A DNA stretch of 11,575 nucleotides from Verrucomicrobiota bacterium (lineage in GTDB: Bacteria > Verrucomicrobiota > Verrucomicrobiia > Limisphaerales > CANJXF01): the NCBI GenBank assembly GCA_038214755.1, contig JBBQRQ010000127.1, positions 1-11,575 of the forward strand, in the 5' to 3' direction. The position numbers and the translations under genes are program-made. Positions 1 to 6,659 of the stretch are shown here, piece by piece; position 1 is the stretch's first letter, and each line of letters begins with the position of its first letter. The notes under the pieces were generated by a model. It ran no database searches and was not told the origin of the DNA. It worked only from the letters and a program-made list of their open reading frames with translations.

Positions 1-1
1 T

Positions 2-268
2 ATCGTGAATCCCAGCAGCTACATTCGCGCCGAATACGTCAGCTTCTCCGTCGAAACAAAAGATGACCAAATCATCAACGGTCTAATGACTGAATCGACG
101 CCGAGCGCTGTGACGTTGCTGGATGCGAGCAATCAGCGGCATGTGATTTCACGCGAGCAGATTCGCGAGTTGAAAGAATCGCAAACTTCGTTGATGCCGG
201 AAGGCTTGCTCGAATCGTTGCAGCCGCAGCAAGTCATGGATTTGTTTTCATTTCTTCAGAAGGATTGA
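2..268 (+). CDS. 3' fragment of a putative heme-binding / membrane-bound dehydrogenase-type protein (PVC-type); start lies upstream of the window
   Basis: Frame is open from position 2 (IVNPSSYI...). The ending 'SLMPEGLLESL...DLFSFL' and preceding 'NPS.I...Y..V.T.D...GL' resemble the C-terminal putative heme-binding domain of PVC CxxCH proteins; the CxxCH motif itself is outside the window. Confidence 0.7.
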   Translation: MVNPSSYIRAEYVSFSVETKDDQIINGLMTESTPSAVTLLDASNQRHVISREQIRELKESQTSLMPEGLLESLQPQQVMDLFSFLQKD

Positions 269-300
269 TTGAAACGCTCCGCATCCTAATTGAATCTTAT

Positions 301-329
301 TCGACGCCACTGCTTCACTGTGGCAAAAT
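301..329 (+). promoter_or_regulatory. Putative sigma70-type promoter for moxR
   Basis: TCGACG (301-306), 17 nt, CAAAAT (324-329) preceded by TGn; ATG at 339 is 9 nt downstream; no clear Shine-Dalgarno. Confidence 0.4.
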
Positions 330-338
330 CTTTAAACT

Positions 339-1364
339 ATGTCTGAACAACCAAAGCCAACTTCCGCCAACGACGTCGCCGCCATTGATGCATTGCGCAA
401 AGTTTATCAGGAAATCCGCGCGGAAATCGCGAAGGTCATCATCGGCCAGGACCTCGTTGTGGAGCGCGTGATGATTTGCATTTTAGCGCGCGGCCACGGT
501 TTGCTCATGGGCGTTCCTGGCCTCGCGAAAACCACCATCGTCAATTCGCTTTCGCAAGTGATGTCCCTCGATTTCAGCCGCATTCAATTCACGCCCGACC
601 TCATGCCGTCCGACATCACCGGCACCGATATTTTGCAGGAGACGGATCAGCCGGGCCGACGCGCCTTCGTTTTCACGAAAGGGCCGGTGTTCGCGAACAT
701 CATTCTCGCCGACGAAATCAATCGCACACCGCCGAAAACTCAGTCTGCTCTCCTTGAAGCAATGCAGGAACATCGCGTCACCGTCGCGGGAAGAATGTTT
801 CCATTGCCCTCGCCGTTTTTCGTTCTCGCGACGCAAAATCCCATCGAGCAGGAAGGAACTTATCCGTTGCCCGAAGCGCAACTCGACCGCTTCATGTTCC
901 TGATCAATCTCGAATATCCGAGTCTCGAACAGGAACGCCGCATCGCCCGCGAAACCACCGGCGCGTTGCCCGCTCCGCTCAAGCACATCATTACCGGCGA
1001 ACAGATTTTAAGTTTTCAGGAAGTCGTGCAACGCGTTCCCGTCCCCGACCATATTTACGACACCGCCGTAGATCTGGTTCGCATGACCCGCCCGCGTTCC
1101 GACGACGCGCATGAGTGGATTAAAAAATGGGTGACGTGGGGCGCTGGCCCGCGCGCCGTGCAATATTTGATTCGCGGCGCCAAAGCCCGCGCCGTTTTGC
1201 AAGGCAGTTATCTCGTGCGCATGGAAGATTTGGAAGCCGTCGCCGAACCGGTTTTGATGCATCGCATTCTCACGAATTTCCAGGCGCAATCCGAAGGCAT
1301 CACCAGCAGTTTCATCATCGAACAACTTTTGCAAGAAGTGCGAGGGGAAAAAGTCCGTGGTTAA
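339..1364 (+). CDS. moxR: MoxR-family AAA+ ATPase
   Basis: 341 aa; 'IIGQ', Walker A GVPGLAKT, 'RIQFTPDLMPSDITG', Walker B 'ILADEINRTPPKTQSALLEAM', 'ATQNPIEQEGTYPLPEAQLDRF'. Confidence 0.95.
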   Translation: MSEQPKPTSANDVAAIDALRKVYQEIRAEIAKVIIGQDLVVERVMICILARGHGLLMGVPGLAKTTIVNSLSQVMSLDFSRIQFTPDLMPSDITGTDILQETDQPGRRAFVFTKGPVFANIILADEINRTPPKTQSALLEAMQEHRVTVAGRMFPLPSPFFVLATQNPIEQEGTYPLPEAQLDRFMFLINLEYPSLEQERRIARETTGALPAPLKHIITGEQILSFQEVVQRVPVPDHIYDTAVDLVRMTRPRSDDAHEWIKKWVTWGAGPRAVQYLIRGAKARAVLQGSYLVRMEDLEAVAEPVLMHRILTNFQAQSEGITSSFIIEQLLQEVRGEKVRG

Positions 1365-1438
1365 AATATCTCTGGAAATTTAGTTCCGAAGACAAGCGGA
1401 CGAATTTTATTGAAACAGGATGTAATTCCACCGATCCG

Positions 1439-1627
1439 TCAATGCCCATTTTGACGGTGAGGTTCTTCCGTTTTCTTATCCGCATCTGGGTGAGAGCAAA
1501 GCTCCGAAATTTTGTCAGCGACCTTTGATGCCTCCTTCGCCAGTCTCGCGCCTTCAAAGGAACCAGAGGCCGGAATCTTGTCCAATATTTCGTCCAATTG
1601 TTCCCGGGCTTTTTCTAACTGTGTCAT
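1439..1627 (-). CDS. Small hypothetical protein (62 aa, charged/helical)
   Basis: ATG start 15 nt after the stop of the upstream membrane-protein gene; protein-like amphipathic sequence (MTQLEKAREQLDEILDKIP...); TATAGT hexamer 7 nt before the ATG. Confidence 0.5.
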   Translation of the reverse strand: MTQLEKAREQLDEILDKIPASGSFEGARLAKEASKVADKISELCSHPDADKKTEEPHRQNGH

Positions 1628-1642
1628 ATGTCAAACTATACA

Positions 1643-2029
1643 CTATTGTTTTGGTTTGTTTAGCTTTTTCGACAGAGACGCCAAATTATCTCTCGCAATT
1701 TGATCGGCTTTTTGTTGAGCCAGAGAAGTGAGTATTTTGCCGCCGCTCAAGCCGACGATAATGGAGCTTCCCAACTGGAAAAGAGGTAAATTCGTTTGCG
1801 AAAAATCTCCTCTATTGAGATCAAAATTTGCTAGAGAACCGTAAATGGCCCAGACGACTATGGAAGCGATTGCGCCTATAAAAACATTCCCAACCCATCC
1901 CGTTCTTCTGACTTTCAATTCTTCATCGTAACGCGGGAAAATAAAACGTTCGCCATTAAGGACTGAGGTTGCCAAACCGCCCAGCGCTCCGGCTGCCGCA
2001 ATTAAAACCGCAAATATTGTGATGCTCAT
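1643..2029 (-). CDS. Small 3-TM membrane protein, DUF4257-like
   Basis: 128 aa with three hydrophobic Gly-rich segments (AGALGGLATSV; GWVGNVFIGAIASIVVW; SSIIVGLSGGKILT) and a charged C-terminal helix. Family resemblance is from memory, not from a search. Confidence 0.65.
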   Translation of the reverse strand: MSITIFAVLIAAAGALGGLATSVLNGERFIFPRYDEELKVRRTGWVGNVFIGAIASIVVWAIYGSLANFDLNRGDFSQTNLPLFQLGSSIIVGLSGGKILTSLAQQKADQIARDNLASLSKKLNKPKQ

Positions 2030-2056
2030 GTGTTTTCGTTCGGGAACGCCGCAGAT

Positions 2057-2227
2057 TTAACCAAAATTAGAAAAAGAGACAATGGTTTTCAGAAGGGAAA
2101 CCTGAACGAAAGATTGACTGATCGCCATTTCAAATTTTCCCTCCGCCCAGGCTTCAAGACAATGCGCGGGTTTGCCGCGCCAAAACGTGGCGCTCGCAAT
2201 GATGTTCGTGTCGATAACAGCGATCAT
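2057..2227 (-). pseudogene. Truncated PIN-domain (VapC-like) toxin, 56 aa; not in the ORF track
   Basis: ATG (2227-2225) overlaps the antitoxin TGA (ATGA). Translation MIAVIDTNIIASATFWRGKPAHCLEAWAEGKFEMAISQSFVQVSLLKTIVSFSNFG*. The PIN N-terminal 'V.DTN' motif is present; PIN-like sequence ends near 'MAIS' (~2115). Confidence 0.8.
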
Positions 2228-2478
2228 CGCCGCCGCGCCCGCACTTCGCGAATGGCTTGCTCGACAGCGGCTTCATCTTCTGGTGAAGGTTCCGGTTGCG
2301 AGTGACTGCGCTCCAATAACGCGGCGCATTGTTCCGAGGTGAGCGGCTGATGTTTGCGCAGAACAATCGTTCCTTTGTGAAATTGCACTTCCAAAACATC
2401 GCCGGGCTTTAGTTGCGCGGTGTCCCGCAATTCAGGCGAAAGGACGAGTTTGCCATCGGAGGACAAGGTCGCGTTCAT
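2224..2478 (-). CDS. AbrB/MazE/SpoVT-family DNA-binding antitoxin
   Basis: 84 aa; 'TLSSDGKLVLSPELRDTAQLKPGDVLEVQFHKGTIVLRK' matches the AbrB swapped-hairpin pattern; translationally coupled to a PIN remnant. Confidence 0.85.
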   Translation of the reverse strand: MNATLSSDGKLVLSPELRDTAQLKPGDVLEVQFHKGTIVLRKHQPLTSEQCAALLERSHSQPEPSPEDEAAVEQAIREVRARRR

Positions 2479-2484
2479 GGAAAA

Positions 2485-2513
2485 ATTAAATCCTTGTCAG
2501 TGGCGAGAGTCAA
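2485..2513 (-). promoter_or_regulatory. Putative sigma70 promoter for the AbrB-PIN module (leaderless geometry)
   Basis: On the minus strand: TTGACT (2513-2508), 17 nt, TTTAAT (2490-2485), 6 nt, ATG (2478). Confidence 0.6.
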
Positions 2514-2613
2514 GCGAGCCGTCAGCGAGGGCGTTTGGAAGAACACAAATATCAGCGACGGAAAATCGACTTCTCAGAATGCCGATTCTTTTTAGCAGGT
2601 GTTTTGCCTCGAA

Positions 2614-2847
2614 CTATTTTTCATCACCAACTAACGGCGGAGCGGCAGGAACGCGGGTTAAGATTTCATCCACCCGTTGCCAATTCACACGCTTCGCTCG
2701 TTCGGCAATACTGGGACGTGAGCGCGCCGCAGAAATCTGGGCAGAAAGGGCAGCCGCCACAACTTGATCCACACTGACATGTTGATCCTGGGCCAATTCA
2801 TTGGCCTGTCGCACCAGCAAATCCGGGATGTCCACGTGTAAAGTCAT
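2614..2847 (-). CDS. Putative ribbon-helix-helix (CopG/HicB-C-like) antitoxin
   Basis: 77 aa; 'MTLHVDIPDLLVRQANELAQDQHVSVDQVVAAALSAQI' fits an RHH strand-helix-helix pattern; ends 'VPAAPPLVGDE'; starts 1 nt after the PIN gene stop. Confidence 0.75.
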   Translation of the reverse strand: MTLHVDIPDLLVRQANELAQDQHVSVDQVVAAALSAQISAARSRPSIAERAKRVNWQRVDEILTRVPAAPPLVGDEK

Positions 2848-2848
2848 A

Positions 2849-3269
2849 TTAAGCTGTTCGTAGCTTCGCTAAAAATTCGCCCGGTTTCAAGATTTCAATT
2901 CCGATTGCAGTCGCGGGCGCAAGATGCCGGATGTTGTGCGTGACGATGCGATTGGCCGCTGATTCGTAAGCCAGTTGAACCAACGGCTCGTCGTCGGGGT
3001 CAAAAAGGATTGGACTCCAGCCAGACTGCAACGGCCATCTTCCGCGCGAGCGCAAATGGCGTTCAGCAACTCATCCACATCGGCCAGACTTAAGTTAAGT
3101 TCAGCGGCGTTCGCTTTGAGAACTTCTTCGTATTCGTAAACAAGGTGATTGCTGACCACCGCAATCCATTCTCCGTGCCGTAAACGTGAAACAATTCAAA
3201 CGAAGCACCCAACTGTGAGCGAAACGCCGCGTAGAGAACATTGGTATCCATCACGGCGCGAAGTTTCAT
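2849..3269 (-). pseudogene. PIN-domain toxin disrupted by two single-base deletions (~140 aa when repaired)
   Basis: Three frames join into MKLRAVMDTNVLYAAFRSQLGASFE / SRLRHGEWIAVVSNHLVYEYEEVLK...ICARAE / WPLQSGWSPILFDPDDEPLVQLA...IVTHNIRHL...PGEFLAKLRTA. PIN motifs DTN, EY, DPDD and T.N..H are present; shifts near 3190-3197 and 3038-3040. Confidence 0.88.
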
Positions 3270-3411
3270 AAAAAGATTTTTTAAAGTGAATGAAACTTAA
3301 TGCGATAAAAAAAATAAAGCCGGTTTGCCACGTTACCTCAAGCACACCGACTCCCCGAAATTTCCGAAAAAGGTTATCCACGATTGCTCACTTCCTGTAA
3401 ATTGCCCGAAG

Positions 3412-4320
3412 ATGTCATCGAACGTTTCTGAAAATCTCCTCAACCCAAAAGTCCTGGCCCGCCTCATGGGACAGCCGTTGCTCTCGCGGTTTCCGATGGA
3501 AGGAACCGTTTCCGGCCGGCACAAAAGTCCGCATCGCGGCTCGAGCGTCGAATTCGCCGAGTATCGAAATTACACGCCCGGCGACGACATCCGCCGACTC
3601 GACTGGCGCGTGTTCGGACGCACCGACCGCTTTTACATGAAGGAGTTTGAAGCGGAAACAAACCTGCGCTGCTACTTCGTCCTCGATTGCAGCGCGTCGA
3701 TGGGATTTTCCGAAAATGGCGAAAGCCGTTTTGATTTCGCGAAACGTCTCATCGCCACGCTCGCTTATCTTGTCATCCATCAAGGCGACGCTGCCGGTTT
3801 GATTGTCGTCGGAGAAAAAACCGTTCACGAACTTCCTCCGCGCCGCAATCCCGCGCACTTCCAAAATCTTTTGGAAATTTTGGACAAAGCAAAGCCCAAA
3901 GGCGAAACCGGCTTGATGCCCGTGTTACACGAGATCGCGGAGAAAACCCGACGCCGCGCTTTGGTCGCTGTGTTCTCAGATTTCTTCTGCGACACGACGG
4001 AACTGCTCAGTTGCTTTCAACATCTTCGATTTCAAAAACATGATCTGGCAATTTTCCATTTGCTCGACCGCGCTGAACTCGATTTCAAATTCGACCGACC
4101 GGTTCGCTTCGCTGATTTGGAAAGCTCCTTCAGCCTCGTCACCGAGCCAGCCGTGATTCGTGAACAATATCTTCAGCAGATCAGAAAATTTCTGGAACTG
4201 CTGCGCGCCGGTTGCCACGAATTCAACGCCGACTACCGCCAAATCGTCACCGACGAAAACTACGAAAAGGTGGTCGCTGATTTTCTAACCGAGCGCACCC
4301 GCGCCGCTTCCGCAAAATGA
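3412..4320 (+). CDS. DUF58 domain-containing protein (MoxR-associated, vWA-like)
   Basis: 'GRHKSPHRGSSVEFAEYRNYTPGDDIRRLDWRVFGRTDR', 'LDCSASMGF', 'VFSDF'. ATG at 3412 preferred over the TTG at 3325 in the ORF track. Confidence 0.92.
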   Translation: MSSNVSENLLNPKVLARLMGQPLLSRFPMEGTVSGRHKSPHRGSSVEFAEYRNYTPGDDIRRLDWRVFGRTDRFYMKEFEAETNLRCYFVLDCSASMGFSENGESRFDFAKRLIATLAYLVIHQGDAAGLIVVGEKTVHELPPRRNPAHFQNLLEILDKAKPKGETGLMPVLHEIAEKTRRRALVAVFSDFFCDTTELLSCFQHLRFQKHDLAIFHLLDRAELDFKFDRPVRFADLESSFSLVTEPAVIREQYLQQIRKFLELLRAGCHEFNADYRQIVTDENYEKVVADFLTERTRAASAK

Positions 4321-4341
4321 TTAAGTCGATGACATCGCGCT

Positions 4342-4502
4342 GGGTAGCACATGCCTCCGGCGGGTGCGAAATCTTGACTTGGATGTTCAGCGTTCGATGT
4401 TGGATGTTCGATGTTTTTTCAATTTCCGAACATCGAACATCCAACATCGAACATCCAACATCGAATAAACTTCCACGCACCCGCCGGAGGCAGGTGCTAC
4501 CC
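4342..4502. mobile_element. Intergenic GTAG-type REP doublet (REPIN-like) enclosing heptamer arrays
   Basis: 27-bp inverted arms with 1 mismatch: gggtagcacatgcctccggcgggtgcg (4342-4368) and cgcacccgccggaggcaggtgctaccc (4476-4502); each arm is GTAG plus an imperfect palindrome. Confidence 0.8.
4379..4465. repeat. Inverted pair of heptamer tandem arrays
   Basis: Left: ttggatg ttcagcg ttcgatg ttggatg ttcgatg (4379-4413). Right: catcgaa catccaa catcgaa catccaa catcgaa (4431-4465). The units are reverse complements of each other. Confidence 0.9.
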
Positions 4503-4507
4503 GCCGC

Positions 4508-6592
4508 ATGACCTTTCTCCAACCATTCATTCTCTGGGGGTTGCCGCTAGTTTTGCTGCCGGTCATCATTCATTTGATCAACCGCATGAGGCATCGCCGC
4601 CAACCGTGGGCTGCGATGCGTTTTCTCCTTTCCGCAACACGCGCTTCGACGAGCCATGCGAAACTGCGGCAATTTTTAATTCTCCTTTTCCGCACGCTCG
4701 CCGTCCTCACGCTGATTTTATTTCTCGCGCGACCGCTCGCCGGCGGTTGGATGGGCTGGATGCTTTCGCCCGCGCCGGATGTCGTTCTTATTTTGCTCGA
4801 CCGTTCCGCGAGCATGGAAACGAAAATCTCCGGCAATACCACGAAACGCGAACAAGCGTTGAAACTTATCTCGCAAGCCGGGAAACAATTTGATGGCGCA
4901 AGTCATCTCGTTTTGATCGACAGCGCAACACGTTTGCCGCAAGAAATTATCAACGCCACCGCGCTTCCCGATCTTTCACTCACCGCGCCGACCGATACCG
5001 CCGCCGACCTCCCCGCGATGCTGCAATCCGCTTTTAATTACCTGATCGAAAATCGTTCTGGCTCGGCCGAAATTTGGATCGCATCCGATTTGCAACGCAG
5101 CAACTGGCAGCCGGACGACGCGCGTTTCAAAATCGTCGTCGCGCAACTCGGCTCGCTTCCGCAAAAAGTTCGCGTTCGTTTGCTCGCGCTCAATCAGCCG
5201 CCAGAACGAAACACTTCGATTTCCGTTCAGGAAATTTCCCGTCGCGCCAAAGGCGAGCAAAACGAACTGCAATTCGTCCTCGATCTCCAGCGCAACACCG
5301 AATCCGCAGAACGTTTCCCAATCAAAACAATTCTCGATGGCGCGGAATCCGAAACAGAAATCACCATCGAGGGCCAGGCGATGCGATGGCGTTACAAAGC
5401 CGATTTAGGAAATAAAAAAGAACCGGGCTGGGGAAGCTTTCAATCGCCCTCCGACGGAAATATTTTTGATAACCAAACCTTTTTCGTTTACGGCGGCGAA
5501 ACTCCGACCCGCGCAATTGTCGTGAGCGACGACGCGCAAACCGGCCGCTTCTTGAAACTCGCTGTGAGTGCAATTGCGAAAGACAAAGATGCCGCCCAAC
5601 TCATTTCTCCTGCGGAAATGTCCGCTGCAAATCTCGATGGCCGCAGCGTCATTTTTTGGCAGGGAACATTGCCCGGCGCTGCCGAAGCCGAACGCGTCCG
5701 CGCATTTGTCGAGCAAGGGGGTTCTGCGATTTTCCTTCCGAGCGGAAAACCCGACGCGCAGCAGTTCAGCGGATTTAGCTGGGGGGAAATCCAAAATTCC
5801 GACGCGGAAAAAAGTTTTCGCATTACAAAATGGGATGAAGAACAAGGGCCGCTCGCGAAAACGGATGAAGGATTGAGTCTGCCGCTTGCGCAAACAGAAT
5901 TTATCCGCCGACAAATTATCGTAGCCGCGTCTCGTGAGAGCGCGGGCCAACTTGAAACTCTCAGTCCGCGCTCTCACGGGACGTGGCTACAATCTTCCGT
6001 GCTCGCCGCGTTTGAGGATGGCTCGGCATTTCTCGCAAGACAAATCGTTGGTCGTGGAGAAATTTATTTTTGTGCTTCGCTGCCAAATAAAGATTGGTCG
6101 AATCTCGGCGACGGTCCGGTGCTCGTTCCGATGACGCAGCGATTATTGCAATCGGGCAGCAAACGTTTGCAACAAGTTGCGAGCGTGAGTTGCGGCGAAT
6201 TGAGCCAGGCCGATCAGCAAAAGCAATGGACTTCCGTCGATTCGACAACGCCGAAAAATATCCAGTCGCAAGCCGGCGTTTATCGTTCTGGAGATCGACT
6301 TGTCGCCGTCAATCGTCCGCCTGCGGAAGATGACTTGGAAATTCTCGAAATGAACGATGCGCAAAAATTATTCGCCGGAGTGCCGTTTCAAATGTTGCAG
6401 GACAAGCAAATGAAGAGCGACGCGTTGCAAGGAGAAATCTGGCGAATGTTGTTGTTTGCGATGCTGGTTTTTTTGTTCGTTGAAGGAATTCTGTTGCTGC
6501 CGAAATTTCAAAACCCAAACTTCCATTTTCAGAGAAGCGCCAAGGTTGGAATGCCACGCGTTGGCTCACAAGCCATCAGCCCTCAGTCATAG
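4508..6592 (+). CDS. BatA N-terminal domain / vWA domain membrane protein (MoxR partner)
   Basis: 694 aa; BatA-type double-TM N-terminus 'MTFLQPFILWGLPLVLLPVIIHLINR...WAAMRFL...LARP', MIDAS 'LLDRSASM', 'SDLQ', C-terminal 'EIWRMLLFAMLVFLFVE' TM helix. Confidence 0.9.
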   Translation: MTFLQPFILWGLPLVLLPVIIHLINRMRHRRQPWAAMRFLLSATRASTSHAKLRQFLILLFRTLAVLTLILFLARPLAGGWMGWMLSPAPDVVLILLDRSASMETKISGNTTKREQALKLISQAGKQFDGASHLVLIDSATRLPQEIINATALPDLSLTAPTDTAADLPAMLQSAFNYLIENRSGSAEIWIASDLQRSNWQPDDARFKIVVAQLGSLPQKVRVRLLALNQPPERNTSISVQEISRRAKGEQNELQFVLDLQRNTESAERFPIKTILDGAESETEITIEGQAMRWRYKADLGNKKEPGWGSFQSPSDGNIFDNQTFFVYGGETPTRAIVVSDDAQTGRFLKLAVSAIAKDKDAAQLISPAEMSAANLDGRSVIFWQGTLPGAAEAERVRAFVEQGGSAIFLPSGKPDAQQFSGFSWGEIQNSDAEKSFRITKWDEEQGPLAKTDEGLSLPLAQTEFIRRQIIVAASRESAGQLETLSPRSHGTWLQSSVLAAFEDGSAFLARQIVGRGEIYFCASLPNKDWSNLGDGPVLVPMTQRLLQSGSKRLQQVASVSCGELSQADQQKQWTSVDSTTPKNIQSQAGVYRSGDRLVAVNRPPAEDDLEILEMNDAQKLFAGVPFQMLQDKQMKSDALQGEIWRMLLFAMLVFLFVEGILLLPKFQNPNFHFQRSAKVGMPRVGSQAISPQS
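5921..5990. mobile_element. GTAG-type REP doublet inserted in frame within the BatA/vWA gene
   Basis: 25-bp arms with 2 mismatches: gtagccgcgtctcgtgagagcgcgg (5921-5945) and ccgcgctctcacgggacgtggctac (5966-5990); 20-nt spacer. Confidence 0.8.
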
Positions 6593-6659
6593 AGTCAGTT
6601 TTGGGGTTGCAGTTTCTACGGTTTTTTAAATCCTGAATTTCGATTAGGAACGTGATCTC

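Noticed and set aside
3088..3100. acttaa-g-ttaagt palindrome
   Set aside because: Short and inside the PIN coding sequence; compatible with chance.
2849..3159. ORFs 2887-3159 and 2849-3055 as two separate genes
   Set aside because: They are consecutive pieces of one frameshifted PIN gene starting at 3269.
2849..3269. Programmed frameshifting of the PIN toxin
   Set aside because: It would need two shifts, and no canonical slippery heptamer is seen at either site.
3325..3411. Longer TTG-start N-terminus for DUF58 (likewise 8330-8407 for dusB)
   Set aside because: The extensions are not family-like; downstream ATGs match expected N-termini and have nearby -10 boxes.
4379..4465. Possible CRISPR array
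   Set aside because: Units are 7-nt tandem repeats with no unique spacers, and there are no cas genes.
4317..4893. ORFs 4317-4511, 4247-4522, 4387-4569 and 4411-4893 with repetitive peptides (NIEHPTS, MLDVRC)
   Set aside because: They are translations of the heptamer/REP element and alternative frames of the vWA gene, with no independent coding signal.
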